A DNA stretch of 63,967 nucleotides, filler included, from Sphacelaria rigidula (taxonomy: Eukaryota), in assembly GCA_964200075.2 (NCBI GenBank). It is 2 parts of 2 records of this genome, joined end to end, with 100 filler letters (N's around TTAATTAATTAA, not from the genome) between each part and the next. Parts side by side here need not be neighbours in the genome. Positions count along the whole stretch, not along the records: positions 1 to 31,949 come from CAXNAA020000043.1; 1 more part is not named here. One strand, 5' to 3'. Made by a program: the position numbers and the translations under genes. The first letter of the stretch is position 1, and every line of letters begins with the position of its first letter. The notes beneath the pieces were generated by a model, which was given only the letters and a program-made list of their open reading frames with translations, did not search any database and had not been told where the DNA came from. Shown in pieces: positions 13,501 to 28,500 of this stretch.

Positions 13501-16500
13501 GGATGTGCACACGAAAGCGCAACGGCCACTTCGGTCGAGGAAGTGAGTGATCCTGGAATAGACGGAGGATATCGGATTGCGCGGAGCAAAGGGAATCATC
13601 TACTCGCGTGTGCTATATGATCCCACAAAATCGTTGTGGACATGTACGTGGCTGAAACCGTTGTAAGGCGGTGTAAGTAATACAGTAGTGATATGCTGAT
13701 ACCAAGAGCATCCAATTGATGTTTTCGGCGGCCAGCGACACTTGAAAGTGACTGACTGACCTAACTCCTTCGTGCAAGTAGTGGCCGAACCCCCCTTCCC
13801 GTGCCCCTTATCGCAGGATCACTCTGGTGTGTGTATCTGCAGTACTAGAGAAATCGGAACAAACAAGCCTAAAAACGGACCACTTATATCGCCTTCGGTA
13901 GCGAGAATCGAAAGCGTCTGTGCAGTGTAAGACTTTCGTTTTGTGACTAGTGTCTCCGCACAGAACATACACACTCTTGGTGGCCTGGCGTTTTGACTAA
14001 CCTCGAATTTGCTCCGCCGTGGATGTGCATCGGTGAACCTAAATCCCTGTCCCGCGTATACGAGGCACTCGGTTATAGGATGCTTACAGCGGGTTGCTTG
14101 ACTTGGTGAACTCTGGCTGTTGACTTTTTGAGTAGACTATGGTTCGAATAGCTACTGGAGTGTAATCTAAATAGCCTTCAGTACTCACGTACCGCCGTTT
14201 CCGACCCTGCCGGTCTTCCCGGTACTCGAGAGTACAATTTCAAACCGGTTGGGGCAAGACGGAAGGTTCGGTCTCCAGCGGATGCGGTCTGGGCGTTTTT
14301 TTTTTTCTGTTGAGTATCCGCGGTTGAGAATAATTATCTGAGAGTGTGAGCACTTGAGTAGCAAGGCAACGAAAAAATGACGAAAGTCGACACGTGGTGC
14401 GGTGATTCTGATCCAATCCGCGATAGCGCGATGGCGGCCATTTACCGCGGGGAGACGTGTTCATGCCTCGACACGACGGATATGTTCCAAGGGAGTGAAG
14501 GGGTTGAAATGATGGCGGGAAAATAGTAATCTAATGCATTGTGGGGCAAGGTCATCACTCAGCACATTACATTGCGCGATACAATTTGTTTTTTTATCGG
14601 CTAGAAGCCTGACACTTGTCCGAACTATTAATAGTCGAATGTTTTGTGCAGGAAACCTGTGCCCATGGGGTTGGAGCAGGAAGGTTTTCACCAAAATACT
14701 TGCAGCAAGCACATGCGCCCCGACAAGATTGAAGAGATGGATATGGCAGACCGTCTGTGCCCGGCGTGATATCTACCCCAAGGGGTATCCACGCAACTTT
14801 CGCGCCATTCCACGTGTTGATGATGCTGGTGTTGATTGATGCTGGTCTGCTATCGCTAAGCAAATATCGTCTCTCGAGCTGTGCGTGTGCCAAGCAATAG
14901 CATCAAGATCAAGGAACAGTACGGTTCACGCAACAACGCGTTCTCCTCGCATCTCGTGCGTTCTCTGTTCCATGTGTGCGGTGTAATAGGTGCCTATTGA
15001 TGGAGATCTTCTGGCGGATGGTGATGGACTCTCGGCCGCGGAGCAGGTGTGTTGCGTGGTCAGAACGCCAGGGCAGATTTTTTCGGTTGCCCGTCTTGAT
15101 GCATGAAGTTCGTGAGCAATCTACGCAGGTACACTCCAGCAGAACCGTTTGGTTAGCCAATATTTCGTTTGGAAATGCGCTGCTTTGAAGTATTTTGACA
15201 CGCTTCCGAGTTTCCCCGACAAGAATCACGTTCGGATCGGCGAACATGTCCCGTTCAACTACAGATCCTTCACGCGATGTGGTCGCAGTGTCAGATTCGT
15301 GGCGATCTTTTAGCCCCACCATACTTCGTGGCCATGTTTTTGCAATATGGTGACCTGTCAGACAGCCGCGCTCCATTGATCAAGCTGCTACGTTCACACG
15401 AACCCGAGCGGTTCTTGTCGCATCCAACCTTGAACCTTACTCCCGACGATTGAGAACTATAGAAAGGGGCTGGACTAGGGCCAGCCAGCCGTTGCGGGTC
15501 AGCTACGAAATCTGCGCAAGTACGCACATCGCCCCGATGTTCACTAGACAGCGGGTGCTCTCCTGTGCGTGCAAAACAGCTCATTTCGGAACACGTGGTA
15601 CGCATAGATGAACCCGTTTTTGGTATGGGGATGATGCATCACACACTAAAACGGGCTACAGATTGCGGTGTTCGAGCAACGGGGGCTCATGCTGCGGGTT
15701 GGCGTTTCACGTTCCGATTTTGTCCCCGGCTATGTTGTTGAACTTTGCCCGTCGTGTCGACTCACAAGTTGACTATGGTTCACTTCCACTTCTTTCCTCA
15801 CTCCATCTTCCCTCTGCCTCCAGACAAGGTGTGCATTTGCGGCGATCATCCGTTTCTTTTCGCCAATTTCTTGACGTCTTCACGTTTACGCTGCGCCACG
15901 TCCATGGGCCTCGTTGCAGATCCAACCCCCCCCATTTTCACTCGTCACCTACCGGAAGACTCACCCCTACACATCCTGATACCGCTCAAGTTTTACGTTT
16001 TTTGTTGTTTATCCTAATCACACATAAACATGCCTCTGAAATACGTTACAGGTCGTGGTTTTAGACAACGGATGCATGTGCTGCACCGTCCGGGGGGACC
16101 TGCTGGGTGCGTTTGCGTCAGTTCTCCGAAAAATGCACGAAGGCGATGCTACTAACGGTGGTAAAACGGAGGGCGAGGGTGACGACAGCAACCGGAGTGG
16201 CGGTAGAAGAATGCTGGACTCGGTGCTGGTGGAAACCACAGGAATGGCCGACCCTGTACCCATCGTGCGGACCCTGTTGCAGGTACAGTAGCTTCTATCA
16301 TAATACTTGAAAGCTTTCTGCACTTGGCCATGTTTGAGCCGCTGTAAGCAAGTGTCGTGTGTCATGATGCATTGATCTGCCTGCCCAGTCTCTAGCTTAC
16401 GTCCAACGACACATTCTGTACTCACTATTCAACGGGCAATCTCTACTTAATTTGCTGTACGAGCCTTTCACCTACTTCCCGTGCTCCCATGGGTGTAAGA

Positions 16501-19500
16501 GCTCGCCCACCAAGCTCGCTGGATTAGGATGAGCTTTGTGTTCAGATTGAGGTCATTGTAATGCCGCCCTTGTTGTGGCGTAGGTGGTGCTCGTACCCGC
16601 GTTCTGTGCACAGGATAATCAGTCTGTGCGTTTTACGCAGCCCATGGAGCAGGATTCTCTCCCTTGACTCGTTAACCGCTAAGCATTCCATTCGAATCCA
16701 CGTGTGCCAATACATCACTTTGTCGTTAGAGATTTGGACGCGATTACTCCCGCGGCGAAGATCCTTAAAGTCCTCGCGGCCAGAGGATTGGTATCAAACA
16801 AAACTGTCATCATCCATCGATACCTCAGTGCCTTCTCTTTTGCAGCCGCCTCTCGCATATCATGCCGTTTCTCGAAGCATCCTCGTTGTGGCAACTCACT
16901 GTTTTCCCGGCGTTGTTTCTCCTGCCGCATTGCGCAGACTCCGGCTATTGCGGAGGCTTTTTCGTTGGACGGTGTTGTGACCCTCGTCGACGCCAAGAAT
17001 GTCCTTCCAAGACTAAGGGATGGAGAAATGGAGATGTCTCTGGAGAAGGAGCAGGGAGGAAATGAGGCAGCGGATACAGTTGACGAGGCGTTTCAGCAGA
17101 TAATGTTCTCCGACAGAATCGTGGTCAACAAGGTTTGTGGTCCCCCACGAAGTGACTGCGGTGATTTTTTTCTGTTTCGGACGATTCTCCTGCAGGAAGG
17201 CACACTCTCGAGTAGTTACCGAGAACTGGGGTGTAGGAGACGAACGGTCCAAACGACGAAATCATGGGATGCCACAGAGAACGGCAGGAGACACGGTATG
17301 ATTTTTTATTGATAGATTGTCTCACTTTAACTGACCCCCCAGGGGTCCATGGTCAATTCACCAAGGCAAGCAACAAATGAGTACGTGCCCCCCAGGGATC
17401 CAGCCGTGGTCGCATGATGGGCGTACCCAAGAAAAGCAAAACTGAAATACTCACTGAAGAAAAGAAGAAAGAACAGAAAAAAAAATCAAGCAGAACAACA
17501 GAGCAGACAAAGACGTGAAAGAGAAAAATAAGTATATTCAGCACGAAACGAAAAACAAATGTGGGCATCTAGCCGAACGTCGTTTTCGTCGAGCTGCCCG
17601 TCATAAAAAAGAGTAAGCATCAAGATGCCCCATGGTCTTTCGATGTGTCGTATTCTGCATACCTCATCGTTCCGCCGGCTCCTTCGATATGCCAAGATTT
17701 CGGTCCTTGCCTTCACCCTGTTTGCTCTTCATGTTGCGAAGTTGCTCGTGTACACAGGGTCCACAGCTTCGAACAGGAGATCTAAACCAGGATTGTCGAG
17801 TACAAATATTCGTTTCTGGAATGTTCAAATTTTCTCAAGGATTACGGGATTATGGTGCGAGCATTGGACGTGTCCCTTTAAGAGAAGGAGAGATGGTCTC
17901 GGGCAGCGGATACTGTCGATGCGGCGTGTCAGCAAGTGCTTTTCTCAGAACGAATCGTGCCTCACCAAGGTCCTGTCAGGATGTAATGTTCTTGTCTTCG
18001 GAACAAAATGGACGACTCGTCCCGTGGCTCCACACAAACGATTTGCTTCGTGCGCACCGACTACATCGTTTTCGCCTGATATCTCGCTGTATTGAATGCA
18101 CCACGACGTAACATCTCCGCTTGAACGCTCCCCTCCGTGAGCGGATATTTCGGCATCGACCGCCGTCAAGGTATGCAACCGAGTGTGATCCATTAACCGA
18201 TCTGCTGTTGTCGTGTCCCGATCCTGGCCCAAGCATCAACTGTTAGCTCGGCGGCATGTTTGGATTTCCATTATTTCCTGGCCGACATGTCCTTGTTTTT
18301 CAAGCTGTTCCAGTATTGGCCGGCGGCTACCTTGCTTTCCCATGTACCTGTTGTGTCACTTCATACAGGTGGACCTTGTGTCGGCATCAACCGCTGTGGA
18401 GGTGTACGAGCGAGTCCGATCCATCAACCAATCCGCCGGAATAGTGTCCTGCAGCCGCGGGAAGCTTGACCCGGCAGAACTAGAGGGCCTTGGTGCCTTC
18501 GACCGTTTGCTCAGGTTAGTTCTCGTGTCTGAAGAGCTTGATCAAGTTAGCCGTCAATCTTTAATGGTACCACGCGAAGTTAACCGCCCGTGTGTTGTAT
18601 CAGCGGTGATGCGACATGCAAGCTAGCCAATCGGCCATGCCAACAATATCGATCTTCGGGCTCAATCCTGCAGCTGTTGAATTTACCCTGTACCCCATTC
18701 TGGGACGAACACTGAACTCCGCAGCTGCAGACTTGTACCCGACGTTTGGGCACGATCACGGAAAACACTTTGATGGAGCGTGTGTGTTTTAACTTCTCCG
18801 CTGTAACTTCATGAGACATTTGTGGGTTAGTACCAGATTCGGCGAACTAGAGCTAGCGGCTGAGGCGGGTGGGGACGACTGCCGCAACCTTCCCGTGAGA
18901 AGAAAACGCAAGGCGCGTACAATGTTCGATGTGAATGAAAAAAAAAGTAGCAAACTCGCGCGTAAGGTAAGGAGGGCGGACAAAACAAATAGCAAAGCGT
19001 GCAAATACAAATACTGTCTCAGCTAGGTCACATATGGTGGACCTCAAAGTAGCCACCTACAACGTCCCTACGTCTTCCCTCACGGGGAAGAACGGGGCTG
19101 GCCACGCTGAAGTGGTTCTGTAAAAGTGTCAGGCGGTGGGTTGTGCTGTCATCAGACTGCAGGAGATGAGGAGACTGGGCCGACCTCAGTTGCGTTGTCG
19201 CGGGATACCATGCCTTCATCTGCGGGGCGGAAGGCGGCGACGAAAGAGCTGGACAACATGAGGTCGGGTTGGCCGTCAAAGAGTCGACCCTCAGTAAGGC
19301 GGCCTGGACTCAAGCGGTCACCAACGAACGCCTCATGTCGATCACATTCAACCTCGCAGGCAAATCGAATGCTGTCACGTTTGGAGCTGCCTATGCACCT
19401 ACAGACATATCAAAGTCAAAAGAAGATATATGTATGTTCGGGAATGAGGTGGTCAGCCCTGTGAACCGACGTCCCAACAATCGTCGCTTGCATATTTTGA

Positions 19501-22500
19501 TGGTCTCTAACGCTAGGACTGGGGTAAGAACAGGAGAGGAGGACCGTAAAATAGAACTCGCCGGACTCTGACCGCAACATCGTGCGCGCCTCAGTGCGGG
19601 TGCTTGGTTGCTTCCCACACAGAAGACCTTTCGCGGATGCCCTCTCGGTGAAAGGCGACCGACAGGCGGGCAATAATGAAACCTGACACCGATGAACGTA
19701 AGCAACTCACCCCCAGCTCATCATAAGCAAACTTCTGCAGAGGGGAACTGGCGATACAGTCACCGACATACTCCTGAGCTCCGCGGAGAAGTTGGTGCCT
19801 CGCCAGACCCGAGAACCACGCAGACTGGAGTGCTTCAAGGGGGCTGCCATCCGGACGGAGGTCGAACAGGTCTGAAATGGGAGGGGAAGGAAGAAGTTGA
19901 CGGTGCGAATGGGACCGAGAGCTAACCCCGCATGGCGCACCTTGTGAGCAGCGTGCAGGAAACTCAAAGAGGTGATCAATGCTAAAATGGCCGGGTACCT
20001 GAATGAGTTCTCTCGGGAGTTGGAGGAGTATAATGGGATTTGGGGTATGAGAGATTGGTTCAGACACCGGACAGGAGGGTGGAGTTTGACGAGACACGAA
20101 GTAGAGAGCGAGCAGTATATCGAGGACGAAAACGGCAAGGTACTTCGGGACAACTGTCCAACGTGCGACACATGAGAACAATATGTCTACACCTTGCTGA
20201 ATGCCATATCCATAACTATCGACCCAGCCATTATCGAGAACATTGCGCAGCGGCCGGCAGGGTTGTCACCTGGAGACCCGCCAAGCCAATGCTTTTGAGG
20301 GTGCCCTGAGATGTATCTTTGGCTACGGCGAAGCGACGGGTCCTGATGGTCTACCGGCTGACCTCCTCAAGCTTGGGTTGATCGTGGAGCCGTGGGAGAT
20401 TGGAAACCACTTCCACAGCATCGTCGCTGCGGTCTGGACATCTGGCAAGGTGTCGCAAGAGTGGAAAGACGCCACTACCTAAGCGCTCCGCAAGAAGGAT
20501 AGGACTGACTTTGGTAACGACAAGAGCGTATCACTCGTGGCACATGCTGATGAACTCCTTCTCGACATCGCGGCCAATAGACTTGGTAGCTTGTGTGTGG
20601 AGGCAGTCATTTACCCAGAAGAACAGCACGGATCCCGGCCCCAACGATCGACCAGTGACACGACGCGATGATGTTTGTGGCACGCCGACAAGATGAGTTG
20701 GGGCGAGCGAGCAATATCCCACAACACATGTGCTTCATCGACCTGCGAAGGGCCTACGACCCACTGGGCCATACGCTCCTGTGTGAAGTACTTGCCCGAT
20801 CGGGAGTCGCGCCGTGGATGATCAAGATTTTCCGTATGGTTCACGAGGGTATGCAAGCTCGGGCACAGCTAGATTATGGCGATTTATCAGCGTGGTTTCA
20901 CGCCTGCTAGGGACGCACACAAAGTTTCGTTTAGTCCCCGCTGTTGTTCAACATGTTCGGCACAATCTTGGTCTTACCTGATGGTGCCATACCGGTGCGC
21001 AGCGAACCCAGCCACCGTCCCATCCTTGATATTCTTAGATGATGCGCCAAAAGGTGACGATGGTGGATTTATGGAAGAGACGACGCTGGAGAAAGTGTGA
21101 CATGCTGTGTGGGCACTACTTTGTGCGAATGACACAGGTACAGTCTCGAGGTCCACAGACGGCCTTGCTCTAGCAATGGCCGTGGTGGGAAGGCCTGTCA
21201 GGACTTCGGGTCGACGGTATCGGAGAGCAAGACGGAATCCATGCGCCTGTGGTCAGTACCCAGCGCCGCAGAGACTGCATTGCACATTAAGGATGCAGGC
21301 CAACGGTATAAGCAGGCAGCCAAGTATATCTACCTTGGTGATGCAGATGAGCTTATTTCACTGAAATTAGCTGCCGCATCAGCGCTGCGTGGGCCAGCTC
21401 CCGAGTCGGTGAACGGCCCAACGCCCAGCTACGTCGTAGAATCCGCCTGCTTAAACCGGGTGTGATGAGAGCTATGATAGGATGCTGCGTTCCAGGGACT
21501 TTCAGAGTCTGCACGTTGCAAGTGGTTGGATTGTGCAGTAAAGATTGGACTGGCTCCAAGACTCGTACAGGAATGTGCTCGAAATGACTAGTTGATGGCT
21601 ATCTGCAGGCACCAAACTCTTCTTCGCGGGGGGGCATGTCCCGCAGGGCGGAACGCGTCTTTCAAAGTGCATCGTGTTTGAACGGTGAGCCGAAGAATAG
21701 CCCGAGGAGGCTGAACGGCGCCTCAAACACTAGGGGCACCGCCTCCAGGAGCACGTGTGTGACAGTAGGGGCTATTGCACACAAACTAGCACGATGGCAA
21801 TGGTTCGTCTACGGAGTGGAATTCAAAGACGCATCCTATTGGATCGCCGAGGCGAAGAAATGACATGGGAAAATGAATTCTTGGAGTTCAGCAAGGGTCG
21901 GTTAGTTCGAGGAGGCGTGGTGATGGAAATACAAACTCCAATCGTCTTTTCGACACGAACGAGAGGCTGCTGCATCGAGAGCCGCCAATCGGATAGCCAC
22001 CACCGCCAACGCATAAGTAGCAACAGCTCCCGAGGAACCTAAGGTGGAAATGGTCGGGAGAGTATCCCGCTTTTGTAGATGAATATGTGAAGCTGAGTGA
22101 ACACAGAAAATGGTCCACCCGTGTCCTATCTTATCGGTTGTGACTTTTCGAGTTTCGGCCGGTGGTCTTGCGGAGTTCCCTCGTTGTGCTTTTGTACATG
22201 CTCAAAAGGCTAGTTCAGGGCGTCTCCCAAAGTTCTTCCCCACTTCACTAGATGCAGCACGCAAAGCTGGCCCAATAGATACATATTTGGTATCATAGCG
22301 ATCCCCTAAGCAAGCCAACAAGGTAATGAAGCCAGATTTGTTCTTGCGTCCTTTGCTGTGGCGGTAGTAGTGAAATTTTTTCTCGGCCAATCAGCGGACT
22401 TGAAATTGTTCTGAAACAAGATGAAAATTCTCGACGCAACTTCTATCGGATCTCGTTATGAATCAAACTTTCGTAACCGCCACCAGGTAGGAAATGTCAC

Positions 22501-25500
22501 GCAAAAACATATGTGAAGACGTTTTTTTGTGACATCGAGTTATACACCAAACCATGATACTTCGTAGAAAAACTGCGATCATCCTCAAACTTGACAATAT
22601 AATGGATATGGGTGCTTCAAATGGAGAGAAACCATCGGTACAGAATATTTCGAAGTTTATCCTTTACCTACCGGCTACCGGGGTCGCGGCGTGAAGGCCC
22701 GCAGAAGTCGGTAGAGAATGCTTCATGATGAAAGAAATCATTTTTCCTGGTCCTGAGGTGGTCCAAGAGACGTTTGTACGAAACTGTGTTGCGTAGCTCG
22801 AAAACCTGATCCCAAATGGTCGATGCAGGCTTGATGCAGACTTGAACGCGCCAGAAAAAGGTCGGTCCGATACTGAAGAGCTAAAATTAGGGGGTTCAGG
22901 AGATCGTCTTTAACCCTTGACCCACACATCAGGCCGATGTATCACGCAGGTTTTTGGAGTTTTATCCTGAAAGTTCGCACACGTGTTCTATGGGATATTG
23001 CAACACTTTGCATGGATGGACTTTTCCATTGTTTTTTTTACCCAGATGTCCGGGGTCCCACTTGACCATATGACACCACATACTCCCGGGACCCCGAATA
23101 TCTGGCGGAATGAAGAAAGAATGAAAAAATGCACGAAAAAAATTCTGAATGCCCATAGTACACGTGTGCAAAATTTCAACTCCAAAAAATCGCATGAGGT
23201 CCCATGGGGGAATGAATTTTGGGCGTCCACCCTGAAACAGGCTGCAGTGTGTATGGGTTTTATCGCTGCTTTCCTTTCCTTGGTGTCTGAGTTCTGTTTC
23301 GAAGCTGCTTCCTTCGCTCTATAGTGCCTGCTATATTTTCTTTCTAATCGTTATCCAGAGGCAGTTTGATGCCTTACTTCGCCAGGAATCATGGGTGAGA
23401 GCCCATGCCCAAATAGTATGGTCCGAAATAGCTGACCCACGATTTGCTCCCACGACGTTTCGTTTTGTTTTGTTTTGTTGTCGCGCGTGGGTGCATGTGG
23501 TTTTGTTCACGGTGTCTTTTTACCCGAAGCCATGCTGGAGTGCCATGCCCTTTCCTGGTTCGTTATTGTGGTAGTGTTCGTAGTTCTTCTCGCTCTAATT
23601 CCTTTCCCTTCCTGCTTGGTTTTTCTCTCCAGTTGTTGGTTTTGTTCGCCCAGGTTTTTATTCATCCGCCCACGCCTTTCGCCTGTTTTATTTTCCGTTA
23701 CTTTTCCATTCTTCTCTTTCTGGGTGAGCGTTTCCCGTTTGATTCACGTCGGGTAAGTCTTTTCTTTGAATATTTCCCCCGCGCTCCGGTGGTGTAATGG
23801 CCTGGCTGTCGCCATTAGGGTGGAGAGATCGAGGGTTCGATTCCCCATGCGTTGGGTTTTTTCTTCGTAGTATCTGATTTCCACCGTGAAAAGCGCGAAA
23901 ACGTGAGTAAACAAAGTAGTTCACTGAGTTCGTGTGAGGTGAGTTGACCCGGTGCGGGAGTGCTGATAGTCATGACCCAACCCGCGAGACCAAAATGCAA
24001 GCGTGTACCAGGGAGAGATGGCTCAACCCCTTTGAACCACGGACTCGTCCCGAGGAAGGGAGGGGGTTCAAAGTGCGACAAATAAAGATGAGAAACAATG
24101 ACGACGGCTGGGTACCTTTTGTGTACCTTGGGGGCCGCTTAATATGCGACATTCAATGAACTCATCCGATCAACCAAGCGAGGTCCGCACGATAAAAGTA
24201 GACCATACTGTAGGCGCGATCGGTGGTTTCTGGCGGTCGTCCTCTGAACGTCTAGCCTCGCATGACCCCTGCGGGCATTAAGGCAAGAACTAAGGTATTT
24301 ATTACTCATGAGGACATCACAGTCTGCGACTGCTTGCCTCAGTCCATGCTTGCTACGATACCTAGGTGATGATACATGGGTCCCTCGCCGATGCGCTTCT
24401 GGAGGCAGAGTGCCTTGGCGGCACCCTTTGTGACCAGGATTGCACCGTCGTTTTCTGTCATACCCGGCACTTGGGAGACGCCATCACTACCCTTGTGTTG
24501 GTACCGTTACCGTCGTGTCGTGTCGTGTCGTGTCGTGTTTAAGTGGGGCTAAAAAATCATCTTTGCTCTTGTCAAGCTGCTGGTTGCTGTCTCCCGTGTT
24601 TCGTCTTGGTCTTCGTCCCCTCTTTCCGTCTCTTTCAAATTTGATGGGACCGTTTCTACCTGGGGATCGTAGGGAGTCCGAGGACGTGCCTGAGATAGAA
24701 GCAGAGGATGGCGGGCATGCGCACGACCATGCTCATTCACATGGCCGCGGTGATAATGGCAACGCCAACGCGGAAGGTGCGGGTGCAATAGGACGTTACC
24801 CTACAAACTTCACGATTTCATTCGTGTTGCCCTCGACAAACTACAGTTAGTGCGGTCGCACCAGGTGTTGTTATGTCGCACTCGCATATGTTGCTGTCGT
24901 GGGGAGGGGTGCAGCTGCGTGAGTCCTCGCCAGATGCCATGTGACGTGTTGAGTTTCGGATGATGTCGCTTTCTGCAACCTTCGTGTACAAGTCCTGCGA
25001 TGAAGAGGGATATTGGACATGACCACTCTCGTGCTTGTGTTTGCTATGGCTCTGGGGACCACGATCGTGTCAAGTGTGTGACGTTACGAAGGTTGCACGG
25101 AAAGTTCTCCTGTATGAGGTACAATATAACATACAGGCTGCGTAAGGTATTGCCCTCGATGCTACCACACATGGATCAGGTGTTACCCGGTGTCGCGTGA
25201 ATGGGATTGCGGAAGATTTCGAATGATACCGACTTCGGACCACCGTGTTTGCAACTCCGTAGTGCTGGAAGACGTAGTTATGACACTCGCATACCCTTCC
25301 ACTCGGCGACGGTAGGCATGACCATGACAATCGTGTTGGGGATGGCACCTGCGCGGAAGGTACTGTACGTCGGTGCCCACTCGTGTAGTGAATAGTGGTG
25401 CCCACTTCTCTGCCAATACGAACACACTTCCGATTTTATCTCATCCGTGACCCACCTTTCTCAAGTTGCGCATTTTCATTATACTCGTTGGTGTCTCGCA

Positions 25501-28500
25501 TGTACTCTCAAACCGCCAATTTCATGTCCCTCGTACAGGTAGTTTTTCATTTTTTGTCAGAGCGTCCGCTGTTTCTCTCGTGTTGCTTCGGCCTTCCTCG
25601 TGACGAATGTGGTTATTTGATGTATCTCCCCATTCTTTCTGCGATGTCCCGGAGTGCACAGTTCGATGTCTATTAATACTTGGCTCGGACGTGCCGCAGG
25701 CAATACTCACGATGGTGAGCAGGAGCAGGATCACAAAGACATCGGTGGATGCACACTGAACCATGACCACACGGGTCACGATCACAGCAGTCGACACAGC
25801 AGCCAGGCAAGCCGTGTAGGAGGACTCTTGGGCGTGTTCATGATGTTCCAGAAAAATCGGCTTCCTAAATCATGGCTCCAAGTCTGATCTTGTTTGATGT
25901 CCATACCCCTCCTGCGTATTTTCTGCCTGTCGTAGCTTCAATACTTTTCATCGATCTTTCATTCCAGACTTCGATTCTGATGTGAGTCGCTGATCCGGGT
26001 CTTCGTTTCCCGCAGGTGGGTACGTTTTCACTCGTGAAGCCGTCGACGGAGGTACTGGCGTTGCCTTTCGCTCGATGGGTACGATCGCTGGCTTTTCTCC
26101 CGAAGGAGAAGGGAACGCTGTTTCGATCCAAGGCTGTGCTTGCCGTTGCCGGCTCTGACCGGAAACTCGTCTTTCACGCTGTGTCCGACGTCATGGAGAG
26201 GTGAGAGATGACACCGACTCGGCCGGCCTTTGCAGTGCTTCGTTCGGCGTCTCTGTTTGCGTAGTTGCCCGCTTGTGTACTGAGGCAACGGTGTAGTGGT
26301 GTACTCCGGGCGTTTTTTCCCCCTAGATTCGTGTCATGATCTTTTCGTGTTGATGGCCGAAATGTTGTTCTCCAAGCAGTGTTCGACGCAATGCAGAGGT
26401 TGGCAACGGCGATTGTTGCTGTGCGGCGTCGCCTGTCGTGTCATCCTCTACCAACCCTTCAAAATATTTATGAGAACAACGCATGCGCATTGTTTCGCCA
26501 GGTTCCTTTGGTGGGATGAAGCCGTTTGTTGCTGTGGTTGTGTTTGACCCCTCTTCTCTTTTCTTCGGGTAGTAACACCTGCTCCGCAGTAAAAGTTGTT
26601 GTTGTTATTGTTTTCCAATGTCGAAGATGTTGATCCCGTGCAGTAGGTTGTCGTGTTTGCTTGGTTGATTGAATTTCCCTGGTTGTAAAATGTCAGCCTC
26701 CTTCAGGGACATGAACGTATACCTATCCACGTTTGATTTTCGCCATAAAACGCAGGCGAGAGGCTGGTCGTTGGGGGACAGGGGAGGACAGAAGCTGCCG
26801 CATCGTCTTTATCGGGAAGCGCCTGGATAAGGCTTTCTTGGAAGAAGGCTTTAACGCTACTTCCAGGTGCGTAGTCCATTTTTCAGGACATTATCATGCG
26901 ACAAGGAGCCTGTGAGTTTTGAAAAGCTAACCAAACATATCCAACGCAATGGTCAGCAGTTTCGAGAGTTTGGGTAAGGTTGTTCCAGATCTACGCTGGT
27001 TTAGCACTTGGAGTATATTGGTGTACAATACTCCAGGTATCTAGATGTTTCTATCATCGGTTCCGGAGAGAATTCGATTCGCTTGTTTTGAGAAGTCTAC
27101 AACGGAGTTGACACGCTGATCACTCACGCCCTTGCATCATGCTCTTGCGCCGCGAAGCCACCGAACCAAGCGCATCTGACCTGGGGTGACATCCTCTCAT
27201 CCCTCTTGCCCCCCGCCGGATTTGATCGATATATTTATTGTGGCGCATTAACTGGCCCCCAACGGATCCGGCGATGATCACGAGATGAATGCTCCCATGC
27301 TAGACAACAAGGAAACGTTCGCTGCAGGCAAGTCGAGAAAGCGAAACAAGGGTGGACCAGACGTGAGACGCTCAACACTGAACAATGAACAAGCAGGAGA
27401 GAGTGAAGTGCAGCAGAGTAGTCTGAGTAGGGAGAGATTGGCCTGAGAGGAGGGCGGTAACTCTTCAACCGTCGGAGGGGCCTATTCGTGGAGTCGGCAT
27501 GATTTTCACTTGAAAAAGGAGCGAAAATGATGCCGCTTCAACGCATGTACGCCTCCGGCGGTCAAAGGGCCACGTCTAGTTACCAGAAGAACAGAGACGA
27601 GCGAAGAGTAGGATGCGCAAAATTAATCGAACAGAAGACATGGCAACGCCATGCCATGCGAAACACACCGCGGAGAGCATGTGTATTCTGAGCACAAGTA
27701 AAAGACAGGACGAACGCTACAGTCAAGCGAAATGTGACTTGTCGGCGCTTGAGAGATAGCACAAACAGAACTCTCTCTTCATCCAAGGAGATACGAAATA
27801 GTGGCCCGTCAGCGCTGCAGAGATGAAAGTGTTGGCCTTTCGGCAGCCCAGAAATGTCTTTGCCGATTTCTCAGGGAAAAGGTGAAGGATAAAACTGTTA
27901 CATATATAGAGGTTCGTCACACTTTCGACCGATCCTCTTCCCAAACAGAAGACTCCAAATGCACCTGCCGGCTTTCGAACGCGCATTCCTCCGACGCCCG
28001 AGCGGATGTTAGCACACCCTGGACAAAAGATTCTATTGTAAAAAAATGTACTGCGTACAGTATGGAATCTTTTGTCTGTTGCAATAGGCGCAATAGTCGA
28101 TACTGTATGCAGTACACTTCTTGACCGTGTATTCTTTAGTCCGGGGTATGGATGTTAGTTATACTATTTTTGTTGAGACTCCTGGGGCGCGGCGTTGTGT
28201 TCGCTATCCATGTTGCCTTGTAGAAACCAACAGCTTGCTTGTCGTCCAGAACGTCCACGTTGGATTTGGGGCGACGCGGTGTTGAAGATCTGGCAACTAA
28301 TAGTGAAAATGCCTGCCGCAACTTGGACACACCTCTTTTCCGCCCTTGACACTTTTAACCTTTGCCTCCCTCTTCTCCGAGGCAGTTGTCGGTCTCAAGA
28401 CATGAACTCATATCTCCCCCTGTACACGCTTTGCACTTTGTTATCGCGGATCGGATCATGACCAACATTCCCGCACGCTATGGATTCTCGTCCCCACGAT

